From a virus (Duplodnaviria; Caudoviricetes), in IMG/VR virus record IMGVR_UViG_3300020431_000005, positions 49,898-113,897 of that record: DNA of 64,000 nt. One strand, given 5' to 3'. The position numbers and the translations under genes are program-made. The notes under the pieces are model-generated. The model had not been told where the DNA came from. It ran no database searches and saw nothing but the letters and a program-made list of their open reading frames with translations. Position 1 is the stretch's first letter. The number at the start of each line of letters is the position of its first letter. Positions 28,364 to 38,464 of the stretch are shown piece after piece.

Positions 28364-29203
28364 ATGGCAAGTTTGAAATCTCTTAAGACTCCTCTTCGTT
28401 ATCCTGGTGGAAAGAGTCGTGCCTTGAGTAAACTCTTTCAGTACATTCCTAACCTGAAAGATTACACTGAGTATCGCGAACCATTTATTGGTGGTGGTTC
28501 TGTGGCATTGGAAATTGGTAAACGATATCCACACCTAGACATCTGGGTCAATGATCTTTATGAACCTCTCTATAATTTCTGGCGGGTGCTTCAGGATCAA
28601 GGACAAGAACTTCGTGATGAGTTGGTTCAACTTAAGCAACGTCATCCAGAACCAATATCAGCAAAACTATTATTTTTAGACGCCAAGGAGAAAGTGAACG
28701 ATGATCAGATATCCGATGTATTTCGTGCTGTTAGTTTTTACGTTGTTAATAAGTGCTCTTTTTCTGGTCTCACTGAATCCAGTTCCTTCAGCAAGCAAGC
28801 GTCAGAGAGCAATTTCTCGATGCGAGGCATTGATAAACTTCCAGACTACTCCTTGATGATCAAGAAGTGGAAGATTACTAATCTTCGCTATCAAGAACTC
28901 TTTACTGATAACAAAGACATCTTTACTTATCTAGATCCTCCTTATGAGATTGGTTCTAATCTCTATGGTAAGAAGGGGAATATGCATAAGGGATTTGATC
29001 ATGATGGGTTCGCTGCCATCTGTGATCGGTTTGTTGGTCATCAACTTGTGTCATATAATTCAACGCAACTGATCCGAGACCGCTTCAAGAAAGGGTGGAC
29101 AGCTGCTGAATTTGCACACACTTACACCATGAGGAGCGTGGGGAGTTATAATACAGATCAAGCGTCTCGCAAGGAACTCGTCCTAACCAACTATGAAATG
29201 TGA
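28364..29203 (+). CDS. dam: DNA adenine methyltransferase (D12 class)
   Basis: PLRYPGGKS, EPFIGGGS, YLDPPY. Confidence 0.92.
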   Translation: MASLKSLKTPLRYPGGKSRALSKLFQYIPNLKDYTEYREPFIGGGSVALEIGKRYPHLDIWVNDLYEPLYNFWRVLQDQGQELRDELVQLKQRHPEPISAKLLFLDAKEKVNDDQISDVFRAVSFYVVNKCSFSGLTESSSFSKQASESNFSMRGIDKLPDYSLMIKKWKITNLRYQELFTDNKDIFTYLDPPYEIGSNLYGKKGNMHKGFDHDGFAAICDRFVGHQLVSYNSTQLIRDRFKKGWTAAEFAHTYTMRSVGSYNTDQASRKELVLTNYEM

Positions 29204-29336
29204 AGTCACTCTCTACGTAGCAGGCACCGTCTTTAAGGAGGAGGTCATTGCTCGTAATTACGAAGAAGCAAGGCAAACTGCTATTGCTCGAAATCCCACT
29301 GCTAGAATTGTTTCTGTTACCGCTGTATTTAAATAA
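29193..29336 (+). CDS. Small hypothetical (47 aa, MKCEVTLYVAGTVFKEEVIARNY...), not in ORF track
   Basis: Fills the dam-gp62 gap; TAA overlaps the gp62 ATG. Confidence 0.65.
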   Translation: MKCEVTLYVAGTVFKEEVIARNYEEARQTAIARNPTARIVSVTAVFK

Positions 29337-29719
29337 TGTATCAACTGAAAGATTACCTGTACTCCATCAATCAATCGAAAAAAAGTATCCTAAATGATGA
29401 CGCTGATGGTGAGCGAGGGTATCCTCCTTATATTGTTAATAGGTGCTTGTCTTCTTTCACTGATACTATTCTATACGTCAATGAGATGAATAAAAATTCT
29501 CACCTTGACAAGAAGATGCAATATGACTTTTTACTAAATAGTGTGAAACCGAGGAAGCGTTTCTCTCCTTGGGCACGAAAAGATTCTATTGATTATCTTG
29601 AAGTAGTTAAAGAGTATTATGGTTATAATGACGATAAAGCTCTACAAGCACTCAGAATTCTCACCAAGGATCAGTTAGATCATATTACCAAGGTATTGAA
29701 TAAAGGTGGAAAAACATGA
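29336..29719 (+). CDS. gp62: Clamp loader small subunit gp62
   Basis: YPPYIVNRCLS, MQYDFLLN, KEYYGYN..KA. Confidence 0.93.
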   Translation: MYQLKDYLYSINQSKKSILNDDADGERGYPPYIVNRCLSSFTDTILYVNEMNKNSHLDKKMQYDFLLNSVKPRKRFSPWARKDSIDYLEVVKEYYGYNDDKALQALRILTKDQLDHITKVLNKGGKT

Positions 29720-30141
29720 ATGATGAAATTATAATCCAGTGGAAACAATCTGATATGGTTGAAGTGGTTCTTGGAGAACCAGATGATTTTCTCAAGGTGA
29801 GAGAAACTCTAACACGTATTGGTGTTGCTTCACGTAAAGAAAAAAAGATTTACCAGTCTTGTCATATTTTGCATAAGCAAGGTAAGTATTATATCGTTCA
29901 CTTCAAAGAGTTGTTTGCTCTTGATGGTAAAAATACTAACTTGTCTTTAAATGATGTTCAACGTCGTAATCGTATCATTCAATTGCTTAGTGATTGGGGA
30001 TTGATCACTGTTGTTAACCTTGAAACAATTAATGATCTTGCTCCTCTGAATCAAATTAAAGTCTTGTCTTTCAGAGAGAAAGGTGAGTGGACACTTGAGA
30101 GTAAGTACAATATCGGTCGCAAGAAGACTACGGTAGAGTAA
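29716..30141 (+). CDS. regA: Translational repressor RegA
   Basis: DDFLKVRETLTRIG, QSCHILHKQGKYYIVHFKELFALDG. Confidence 0.97.
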   Translation: MNDEIIIQWKQSDMVEVVLGEPDDFLKVRETLTRIGVASRKEKKIYQSCHILHKQGKYYIVHFKELFALDGKNTNLSLNDVQRRNRIIQLLSDWGLITVVNLETINDLAPLNQIKVLSFREKGEWTLESKYNIGRKKTTVE

Positions 30142-30247
30142 ACCGCAATTTTTAATAAGGAAAACCGTTATTAAACTTTAAACGATTGTCGTTAAATAAG
30201 AGTGTGATGCCTAACGGGTCGCATATAAACGTCGCTTATTTAAGGAC

Positions 30248-30652
30248 ATGGTAAACATTAACTGGGAAACATATACTCCCTACTCAATCGGATTTGATGA
30301 AACATTCAGCAGACTTGAAGCTATTGCGGGAGGTGGATCAAATTACCCACCTTACAATGTGGTGGACGGACATGATGGCAGAACCTTGCTGGAGGTCGCT
30401 CTTGCAGGATTTTCAGGAGCAGATATTGAAGTTACAACAGAACGAAATGTTCTAACAGTATCTGCTAAGAAAGCACCACCGGATAAAGAACGTAAATATT
30501 CCCACAAGGGAATTTCATATAGAACATTTTCACGCAACTGGCAAATGGCAGATGATGTAGAAGTGGAAGATGTGAAATTTGAAGATGGTCTTCTTAAAGT
30601 TCTTCTTGTCAAGAACCTACCAGAGAAACAGAAACGAAAAACTTGGTTCTAA
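30248..30652 (+). CDS. hsp20: Small heat-shock protein
   Basis: NYPPYN, EVALAGFS, HKGIS.R.F, FEDGLL. Confidence 0.93.
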   Translation: MVNINWETYTPYSIGFDETFSRLEAIAGGGSNYPPYNVVDGHDGRTLLEVALAGFSGADIEVTTERNVLTVSAKKAPPDKERKYSHKGISYRTFSRNWQMADDVEVEDVKFEDGLLKVLLVKNLPEKQKRKTWF

Positions 30653-30662
30653 ATAAAAATGG

Positions 30663-30698
30663 AAGGCACTTGACGGTGCCTTTTTTTAATGCTAAACT
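30663..30698 (+). terminator. hsp20 terminator superimposed on a sigma70 promoter
   Basis: Stem AAGGCAC/GTGCCTT plus T-run; the loop TTGACG is a -35 box 17 nt before TG-c-TAAACT. Confidence 0.75.
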
Positions 30699-30719
30699 TA
30701 GAAGGAATTCATAATAACT

Positions 30720-31079
30720 ATGGCAGTATCAATCTTAACTTTGAAAACTGGCGATCGTGTTATTGCTGAACTGAAAGAAATCTTTGATGGGGAGGGAGAC
30801 GACAAACGTGGAGTTTGTCTCCTCATGGAAGAACCATACGTTCTAAGTTTAGATGGCAGTTCGCCGCAATATCTTACTGAACAAAGTGGATCGGAATATC
30901 AAATTCGATTTAGTAAGTGGAATCCTTACTCTTCAGACTGGCAGTTTAAGATCCCCTATGATTGTATCATGACAATCAGTAATCCAGAACCTGGATTACA
31001 AGAAGCATACGAAAACAAAATCGCTGAGAAGCTTGAAAAATATGGAAGAGACACAGACACAGACACAACTGAAAGTTAA
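30720..31079 (+). CDS. Hypothetical, probable Sm-like fold
   Basis: LTLKTGDRVIAE...EPY...KWNPYS...IMTI pattern. Confidence 0.65.
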   Translation: MAVSILTLKTGDRVIAELKEIFDGEGDDKRGVCLLMEEPYVLSLDGSSPQYLTEQSGSEYQIRFSKWNPYSSDWQFKIPYDCIMTISNPEPGLQEAYENKIAEKLEKYGRDTDTDTTES

Positions 31080-31440
31080 TCATTCAGTTCGTATTGCAAT
31101 TCTTTCTACTGGAGAAAGAATACTTTGTTTATTTGGCGATGTAAAAGATGATCAGAACAGAACAATAGGGTATAAAGTAATTTATCCTTTTGCTTTGGGT
31201 CTTGGTGATAAAGATGAAAATGGAAACCTTCCAATTAGGTATTCAAAATGGTGTCCCTATACACCAGTTCAAGAGTTTCGTATTAACGGCGAACATATTA
31301 TCAGTGTAACATATCCAGATAATGCTATCTTGGAAAATTATGTTTCTGAACTTGAAGAATATGGGTTGACCAAAGATCAAATTTTTTATCCTGAGGAATC
31401 TAATGGAGATAACAGCGAACCTGCTGAAACTGCAGAATGA
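31042..31440 (+). CDS. Hypothetical, probable Sm-like fold (paralogue of upstream gene)
   Basis: ILSTGERILC...YPF...KWCPYT...IISV pattern. Confidence 0.65.
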   Translation: MEETQTQTQLKVNHSVRIAILSTGERILCLFGDVKDDQNRTIGYKVIYPFALGLGDKDENGNLPIRYSKWCPYTPVQEFRINGEHIISVTYPDNAILENYVSELEEYGLTKDQIFYPEESNGDNSEPAETAE

Positions 31441-31660
31441 GTGGATTATCGCTCAGGTAGAACCTGCTGAGGGTGACACTATACCAGGTGACCCTGACGT
31501 GTGGATGATCGAACCTTATGTGGTAGACTGTGAAGGTCAAATAAATCAATGGGCTCCTCATGCTGCTGAACGTGAATTCAACGTTAGGTCTTCTGACCTG
31601 ACTGTTGTGACCAATCCAAGCAAGGCACTCCTTGCTCGTTATATCGAATCTCTTGAATGA
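31403..31660 (+). CDS. Hypothetical, probable Sm-like fold
   Basis: LLKLQNEWIIAQV...EPY...QWAPH...LTVVTNP pattern. Confidence 0.6.
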   Translation: MEITANLLKLQNEWIIAQVEPAEGDTIPGDPDVWMIEPYVVDCEGQINQWAPHAAEREFNVRSSDLTVVTNPSKALLARYIESLE

Positions 31661-34149
31661 AGTTTTACACTAGTGTTGAGCAAGCAGGCAATCGTCTGCT
31701 TGTACGTGGTTATGAGAATGGCAATCGCTACAGCGTAAGGGTTCCGTTTAGTCCCACGATGTACTTGCCTAGTAAAAATTATTCTGAGTGGAAAACACTA
31801 GAAGGTGATTGTGTAGAACCACATAAGTTTGGTTCTATCAATGATGCCCGTGAATTTATCAAACAGTATAAAGAAGTTGATGACTTTGATATCTATGGAA
31901 ACTCTCGTTTCCTGTATCAATACATTGCAGAGCAGCATCCTGAAGAGGAACTAAAGTTTGATAGTAGTAAGATCCGTGTCTTTACTATTGACATCGAGAC
32001 TGCTGCTGAGAATGGTTTCCCTGACATCGAGACGGCAGACCAAGAGATCCTTGCTATCAGTATCAAGGACTCCTTCAGCGGTCGTATAACGGTCTTTGGT
32101 GCCCGTCCTTTTAACAACCAAGACAAGATGGTTGACTACATGCACTTCAGGTCTGAGGAGACTATGATGGGTGCTTTCCTTGACTTCTGGCAACAGAACT
32201 ACCCTGATGTTGTTACGGGGTGGAACTGTCAACTGTTTGATATGCCATACATCCATAATCGTATCAATCGTATTATGGGTGAGAAGTTTGTGAAGTTGTT
32301 GTCGCCTTGGAAACTTGTGTCGCAGCGTGAGATCTTTATCAAAGGTCGTAAGAACTTCTCTATCGATATGCTTGGCATCTCGCAACTTGATTACCTTGAG
32401 TTGTATAAGAAGTTTACTTATACCAACCAAGAATCATATCGTCTGGACCATATTGCTTTTGTTGAACTTGGATCTAAGAAACTAGATCACTCAGAGTTTG
32501 ATACATTCAAAGAGTTCTATGAGGGAGACTGGCAGAAGTTTATTGAATACAACATTCATGACGTTCGTCTGGTAGATCAACTAGATGATAAGATGAAGTT
32601 AGTTGAACTCGCATACACTATGGCATATGATGCTAAGGTAAATTACGAGGATGTATTCTCACAGGTTCGTATGTGGGATAACTACATCTATTGTGAACTG
32701 CTTAGGCGTAAGATTGCTATTCCTCCCAAGAAGGAAAGCGCAACTAAAACAGAGAAGTATGCGGGGGCATATGTTAAAGAACCGAAGCCTGGATTCTATG
32801 ATTGGGTGGTGTCTTTTGATCTCAACTCTCTGTATCCTCATCTCATTATGCAGTACAACATCTCGCCCGAGACCCTTCTTGACAAGAGACATTCAACAGC
32901 AACTGTTGATAAGATCCTTGATAAAGAACTAGAGATTGATGGTGAGTATGCTGTGTGTGCTAATGGAGCTCAGTATCGTAAAGATAAGCACGGGTTCCTG
33001 CCACAAATGATGAAGAAGATGTATGACAGTCGTGTTATATTCAAGAAGAGAATGATCAAGGCAAAGCAACAGTATGAGAAGACTCCTACTGTTGAACTCA
33101 TGAAAGAGATCGCCCGTTGTAATAACATCCAAATGGCAAAGAAGATTTCTTTGAACTCTGCTTATGGTGCTATTGGCAACGAACACTTTAGATACTATCG
33201 TCTTGCTAATGCTGAGGCTATCACTTTATCTGGTCAGGTTTCTATCAGGTGGATTGAATCTAAAATGAATGGGTATCTAAATACTCTTTTGCAAACGGAG
33301 AAGGTAGATTATGTCATCGCTAGCGATACCGACTCGATCTATCTTAATCTTGGACCTCTTGTTGATAAATTTTTTGCTAATAAGTCTAGCGATAAAGCAG
33401 CAATTGTTTCAATACTTGATAAGATCTGTGAAGACAAGTTGGAACCATTCATCGAATCCTCTTATCAGGAACTTGCGGATTACGTTGCGGCGTATGATCA
33501 AAAGATGAGTATGAAGCGTGAGAACATCGCTGATCGTGGTATTTGGACTGCGAAAAAGCGTTATATTCTCAACGTATGGGACAGTGAAGGGGTTAGATAT
33601 AACGAGCCCAAGATGAAGATTATGGGTCTTGAGACTGCGAGGTCTTCTACTCCAGCGTACTTTAGGGATAAGTTATATGCAGCGTTTAAGATTATTATCG
33701 GCAAAACAAATGATGAACTTATCGATTTCATCAATGTCGTGCGAGCAGAAACCAGACTGCGACCCTACGAAGAAGTCGCCTTCCCCAGAGGAGTTAACAA
33801 TCTGGCAAAGTATCGCCACCCAAATGAGATTTACCAGAAAGGAACACCCATTGCAGTGAGAGGTGCTCTACTCTACAACTACTATGTTAAAAAACATAAG
33901 GTAGAGAACAAGCATCCTCTTATTCAGGAAGGTGAAAAGATCAAGTTCATGTATCTTAAGACACCCAACCCTCTTCATGAAAACGTGATTAGTTTCTTTG
34001 GTGAGTTGCCTAAGGAGTTTGGTATTGAGAAGTATGTAGACTACCAGACACAATTTGAAAAGTCTTTTCTCGAACCGCTCAAGAATGTGCTATACTGTGT
34101 CGGGTGGCAACACGAGAAAACCATTACCATTACGAGTTTCTTTGGATGA
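31657..34149 (+). CDS. gp43: Family B DNA polymerase gp43
   Basis: Exonuclease DIET; SFDLNSLYP, KISLNSAYG, SDTDS. Confidence 0.98.
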   Translation: MKFYTSVEQAGNRLLVRGYENGNRYSVRVPFSPTMYLPSKNYSEWKTLEGDCVEPHKFGSINDAREFIKQYKEVDDFDIYGNSRFLYQYIAEQHPEEELKFDSSKIRVFTIDIETAAENGFPDIETADQEILAISIKDSFSGRITVFGARPFNNQDKMVDYMHFRSEETMMGAFLDFWQQNYPDVVTGWNCQLFDMPYIHNRINRIMGEKFVKLLSPWKLVSQREIFIKGRKNFSIDMLGISQLDYLELYKKFTYTNQESYRLDHIAFVELGSKKLDHSEFDTFKEFYEGDWQKFIEYNIHDVRLVDQLDDKMKLVELAYTMAYDAKVNYEDVFSQVRMWDNYIYCELLRRKIAIPPKKESATKTEKYAGAYVKEPKPGFYDWVVSFDLNSLYPHLIMQYNISPETLLDKRHSTATVDKILDKELEIDGEYAVCANGAQYRKDKHGFLPQMMKKMYDSRVIFKKRMIKAKQQYEKTPTVELMKEIARCNNIQMAKKISLNSAYGAIGNEHFRYYRLANAEAITLSGQVSIRWIESKMNGYLNTLLQTEKVDYVIASDTDSIYLNLGPLVDKFFANKSSDKAAIVSILDKICEDKLEPFIESSYQELADYVAAYDQKMSMKRENIADRGIWTAKKRYILNVWDSEGVRYNEPKMKIMGLETARSSTPAYFRDKLYAAFKIIIGKTNDELIDFINVVRAETRLRPYEEVAFPRGVNNLAKYRHPNEIYQKGTPIAVRGALLYNYYVKKHKVENKHPLIQEGEKIKFMYLKTPNPLHENVISFFGELPKEFGIEKYVDYQTQFEKSFLEPLKNVLYCVGWQHEKTITITSFFG

Positions 34150-34322
34150 GTAAGAGAATTTTTGTTGTGACATGGACTAACCATCTTGTCGGTCAAGTAG
34201 GACCAGAGGACATCAAGTGCTTTGAGGACTACAAAACTGCCTGTGGGTTTGCTAAACTCATGGGTAAGTCTTATAATTATGTAAACTTTTACGAGGAGAA
34301 TGTAGAAAAATGGGATTCCTAG
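34146..34322 (+). CDS. Hypothetical protein
   Basis: 58 aa, ATGA-coupled to gp43. Confidence 0.55.
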   Translation: MSKRIFVVTWTNHLVGQVGPEDIKCFEDYKTACGFAKLMGKSYNYVNFYEENVEKWDS

Positions 34323-35323
34323 ACACAGTAATTAGGGATAGTGGCAATGAGTTTGCTAGTCGTGTTAGTGAAGGGGTTGCTGCTGGCGACATTACATCTT
34401 ACGTTGATACTGGGTCTTATATTTTTAATGCCCTGGTTAGTGGTTCGTTGTTTGGAGGTTTACCCGCCAATAAAGTTACTGCCTTGGCAGGAGAATCAAG
34501 CACTGGTAAGACTTTTTTTGCTCTCAGCGTCGTTAGTAATTTCCTTGCTGCTAATCCTACGGGTGGAGTCATTTATTTTGAGTCTGAATCTGCTATCTCG
34601 CGTGATATGATTGAGACTCGCGGTATTGATTCTAAGCGTATGATCATCATGCCTGTCGCAACGATTGAAGAGTTCCGGACACAAGCTTGTCGTATCCTAG
34701 ACAAGTATATTAAAGAACCTAAAGACGAGAGGGTTCCTATGCTGTTTGTGTTAGACTCTCTTGGTATGCTTTCAACATCCAAGGAGATGGAAGACGTTGC
34801 TAATGATAAGCAGGTCAGGGACATGACTAAGAGTCAGTTAATCAAGGGTGCCTTTCGTGTGCTTACCCTCAAACTAGGACAGGCATCTGTTCCTATGATT
34901 GTGACCAACCATACATATGATGTTATCGGTTCTTATGTTCCGATGAAAGAAATGGGTGGGGGAACAGGTCTTAAGTATGCTGCTTCCACAATCATTTATC
35001 TTGGTAAGAAGAAAGAGAAAGATGGCACTGAATTAGTAGGTAACATCATCAAGTGTGAGGCAAAGAAATCTCGTTTAACAAAAGAAGGTAGTAAAATTGA
35101 GACACGTTTGTTCTTTGATGAACGTGGACTTGACAAATACTATGGACTATTGGAACTGGGTGAGAAGTATGGAGTCTTTGAGAAAGTTGGAAATCGTATT
35201 AAGATTGACGGCACCTCTGTATATCCCAAATCAATTCTTGCAGATCCCGAGAAGTATTTCACAGAAGAAGTAATGGTTAAACTTGAAGAAGCAGCACAGC
35301 AAGAATTCTCCTATGGCAACTGA
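34310..35323 (+). CDS. uvsX: RecA-like recombinase UvsX
   Basis: [29 protein letters not shown]. Confidence 0.95.
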   Translation: MGFLDTVIRDSGNEFASRVSEGVAAGDITSYVDTGSYIFNALVSGSLFGGLPANKVTALAGESSTGKTFFALSVVSNFLAANPTGGVIYFESESAISRDMIETRGIDSKRMIIMPVATIEEFRTQACRILDKYIKEPKDERVPMLFVLDSLGMLSTSKEMEDVANDKQVRDMTKSQLIKGAFRVLTLKLGQASVPMIVTNHTYDVIGSYVPMKEMGGGTGLKYAASTIIYLGKKKEKDGTELVGNIIKCEAKKSRLTKEGSKIETRLFFDERGLDKYYGLLELGEKYGVFEKVGNRIKIDGTSVYPKSILADPEKYFTEEVMVKLEEAAQQEFSYGN

Positions 35324-36701
35324 GCGCATTCAACAAACTATCTTACGTAATCTCATCTTCACTGAAGAGTATTATCGTAAAGTAGTCCCTTTCCTAAAAG
35401 CAGATTATTTTGAGGAGTATCATGAGAAAGTTATCTTTGAAGAGATCGCTGACTTTGCTGGTAAGTACGACAAGGTTCCTACTCAGGAAGTCTTATCGAT
35501 TAATCTCCAGAATCGTAATGATCTTACTGACGAAACGTTCAGAGATTCGTTATCGACAATACGAGGACTTACCGATGAATGGGTTGACTACGAGTGGCTC
35601 CTCGACGCAACTGAAAAGTGGTGTCAAGACAGAGCAATCTATCTCGCCCTTATGTCCTCGATCAAGATCGCAGATGGAGGTGATAAAAAAATATCAAAGG
35701 ATGCGATCCCAGGTATCTTACAAGAGGCCCTGGCAGTATCGTTCGACGAACACATAGGACACGACTACATTGAACAAGCAAAAGACCGCTATGAATTCTA
35801 CCATCGTAAAGAGGAGAAGGTTCCCTTTGATCTCGAAAAGTTTAACTATATCACGAAAGGTGGTATCTCTAACAAGACTCTCAGTGTCGCTCTTGCTGGA
35901 ACGGGTGTCGGCAAGTCTCTATTCATGTGCCATTGCGCTGGTGCCGCACTCACGCAAGGGAGGAACGTACTCTATATTACATGTGAAATGGCAGAGGAGA
36001 AAATTGCTGAACGAATTGACGCAAATCTTTTAAATGTTTCTATCAAAGATATTGCTGAACTACCTGAAGTTATCTTCAATTCTAAAGTTCAGGAGATCTC
36101 TAGGAAGACTAGAGGCAAACTTATTATCAAAGAGTATCCCACAGCATCAGCACATGCGGGTCACTTTAAATCACTTCTAAGTGATTTGTCTCTCAAGAGG
36201 GATTTTAAACCAGATATAATCTACATTGATTATCTGAACATCTGTGCATCAGCGAGGTATAAAGGTGCGATTGTCAATTCTTACACGTATGTCAAAGCGA
36301 TTGCTGAGGAGCTTCGGGGTCTTGCTGTGGAATGTAATGTTCCTATTGTCACAGCTACTCAAACTACTCGCAGTGGTTATGGCAATAGTGATCCTGACCT
36401 TACCGATACTTCTGAGTCTTTTGGTTTGCCTGCCACTGCTGACTTTATGTTTGCTCTTATCAGCACTGATGAGCTTGAACAACAGGGTCGCATCATGGTC
36501 AAACAACTTAAGAACAGATACAACGAAACCGCTGCCTCACGAAAATTCATGGTGGGAATTGACAGATCCAAGATGAGGCTGTATGATGTAGCGGAGGATG
36601 CTTCTGATATTAGCATCGACCAAGAGGACCCTGGTGAAGAGTTCTCACAATTTGCCCAAACACAAAACCGACTATCTAAATTTGCTGAGTGGAATGTATG
36701 A
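35313..36701 (+). CDS. gp41: Replicative helicase gp41
   Basis: [40 protein letters not shown]. Confidence 0.96.
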   Translation: MATERIQQTILRNLIFTEEYYRKVVPFLKADYFEEYHEKVIFEEIADFAGKYDKVPTQEVLSINLQNRNDLTDETFRDSLSTIRGLTDEWVDYEWLLDATEKWCQDRAIYLALMSSIKIADGGDKKISKDAIPGILQEALAVSFDEHIGHDYIEQAKDRYEFYHRKEEKVPFDLEKFNYITKGGISNKTLSVALAGTGVGKSLFMCHCAGAALTQGRNVLYITCEMAEEKIAERIDANLLNVSIKDIAELPEVIFNSKVQEISRKTRGKLIIKEYPTASAHAGHFKSLLSDLSLKRDFKPDIIYIDYLNICASARYKGAIVNSYTYVKAIAEELRGLAVECNVPIVTATQTTRSGYGNSDPDLTDTSESFGLPATADFMFALISTDELEQQGRIMVKQLKNRYNETAASRKFMVGIDRSKMRLYDVAEDASDISIDQEDPGEEFSQFAQTQNRLSKFAEWNV

Positions 36702-37102
36702 CTATTAATTTTGACCGTTATGAAGAATTTGTTTCAGCAGTTACTTCAGAAGCTTCTACAAACTTTGTTGATTTCGCTGACCGTATTGGTGATCTGGATC
36801 GACAAGGTGCCAATATTGAGAGACTGCTTACTGCTGGGGTTGGAATTAATGCTGAGGGCGGTGAGTTCCTTGAGATCATTAAAAAAATGGTCTTCCAAGG
36901 AAAACCGTGGAACGAAGATAATCGTGAGCATCTCATTATTGAGTTGGGTGACGTTATGTGGTACGTTGCTCAAGCTACAATGGCACTTGATATATCCTTT
37001 GATGAGGTAATTGAAACTAACGTTAACAAACTGAAGAAGCGTTATCCTGGCGGTGAGTTTAATGTTCATAATTCAGAAGTTCGTGCTGCTGGCGACAGAT
37101 AA
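36698..37102 (+). CDS. mazG: MazG-like NTP pyrophosphohydrolase
   Basis: GINAEGGEFLEIIKK, ELGDVMWY, NVNKLKKRYP. Confidence 0.92.
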   Translation: MTINFDRYEEFVSAVTSEASTNFVDFADRIGDLDRQGANIERLLTAGVGINAEGGEFLEIIKKMVFQGKPWNEDNREHLIIELGDVMWYVAQATMALDISFDEVIETNVNKLKKRYPGGEFNVHNSEVRAAGDR

Positions 37103-37299
37103 TGCTTAGTCTCTGGATCCACTTGGTAGCATTCTTTCAAGTTGTGGTAGTGAATTGTATTCATCCTGCCAACTGGCAGTATTGCTATCGAGTAGACCAG
37201 TGGCTCTTGCCAGAAGTCAAGGAAGGGTATAAACTATGGACAGGACAGACAACCCCCTATCAAAGTGAACAAAATTATCTCGACCTCCCCTCTAAATAG
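37102..37299 (+). CDS. Hypothetical protein
   Basis: 65 aa with hydrophobic N-terminus. Confidence 0.55.
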   Translation: MLSLWIHLVAFFQVVVVNCIHPANWQYCYRVDQWLLPEVKEGYKLWTGQTTPYQSEQNYLDLPSK

Positions 37300-37312
37300 T
37301 TAGACGGGAGGT
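37283..37312 (+). promoter_or_regulatory. Hairpin containing a late-like promoter (CTAAATA) and sequestering the GGAGG SD of the next gene
   Basis: ACCTCCC-c-TCTAA-ATAG-TTAGA-c-GGGAGGT; GGAGG (37307-11) is 7 nt before ATG 37319; followed by a short T-run. Confidence 0.7.
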
Positions 37313-37318
37313 TTTCTT

Positions 37319-38464
37319 ATGGCATTTAATAGCATACCTAAAAACTCCTCTGAAATGAGAGCTCTTGCTGGGAGTAGTATTGAAAAGAAATACAGAGGAC
37401 CAATTATTCATTTTTACAACCATATTAAAAAGCACTATGGTATAGAAGATGCGTTGGCATTTAATCCTAAAACTAACGCAGGTAAGAGTTGTAAAATTAT
37501 GCGTGGTTTGAAAGGAACAGTTGATGTAACAAAGGTTAAGAGACAGGTAGGATTGGATACTAATTTTAAAATTACTTGGGGTGATGGTAGTAGAGGTAAT
37601 CGTGGCACAGGTAATAGAGGTAATTTATTTGAGGGGCAACTTGAGAACGGATTGAATGATTGGATTGAGACTGGAGAATACTCTGACAATCCATATAAAA
37701 ATCTTATTGCTGATCTAATAAAATACTATGACCTTGAAGATTGTCAGATTGTAGGGGTTCAAGAAGAAGGTAGTCAAAATAAAGGAAGACCACTGAAATA
37801 TGAAAATGGAAATTGGAAAGTTGGTGATGCTGATGGATCTCATTATGATATTGGATCCACCGTTACAGACCTTACACTGACAACAAAGAAAGGATCTAAA
37901 AAAAGTGTTATCTATCTTTCTCTTAAAACTAGTGGCACTACTACCATGTCTAACTTGGGAGTAAAGAAAATATTTACCAAGGATGAAATACAGAAAGGTG
38001 TTATTGAAACTGATGTAGGATTAAAAGTTTTAGAAACTTTTGGTATTAATAACGATAGATTTTGTAGAATTTTTAATGAAGCAGCAATGGGTAGAGTTAG
38101 AAGTGGTGGAAATGATCCTAATCCACAATTTAATAGAACTTTGTTACAGGGTATGATTCGTGGATCTATTGGATATGGATATCACTATACACATAAACAA
38201 GGAAATAAAATTAAAAACTTTCCTATGACAAAGCAGTTGTGTGATCGTGCTACTAGTATCACTTCTGTAACTGTCCACTATGGAGGTAAGACTGGGACAG
38301 GACAGCGTGTTGATATCACGGTCAACACACCCATCATGGAACTTAAGTTTAATATTCGTGACACTAGCGGCAGTGCGGACCCATGGCCTGATAAACTACA
38401 GTCAGCATACAAGTTTGATGGTGAAGCTGTGTTCAGTGTTCCTGAGGATGGATACGTAGACTAA
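37319..38464 (+). CDS. Hypothetical, possible PD-(D/E)xK-type endonuclease
   Basis: GNLFE ... TVTDLTL ... IYLSLK pattern resembles a restriction-like catalytic core (inference). Confidence 0.45.
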   Translation: MAFNSIPKNSSEMRALAGSSIEKKYRGPIIHFYNHIKKHYGIEDALAFNPKTNAGKSCKIMRGLKGTVDVTKVKRQVGLDTNFKITWGDGSRGNRGTGNRGNLFEGQLENGLNDWIETGEYSDNPYKNLIADLIKYYDLEDCQIVGVQEEGSQNKGRPLKYENGNWKVGDADGSHYDIGSTVTDLTLTTKKGSKKSVIYLSLKTSGTTTMSNLGVKKIFTKDEIQKGVIETDVGLKVLETFGINNDRFCRIFNEAAMGRVRSGGNDPNPQFNRTLLQGMIRGSIGYGYHYTHKQGNKIKNFPMTKQLCDRATSITSVTVHYGGKTGTGQRVDITVNTPIMELKFNIRDTSGSADPWPDKLQSAYKFDGEAVFSVPEDGYVD

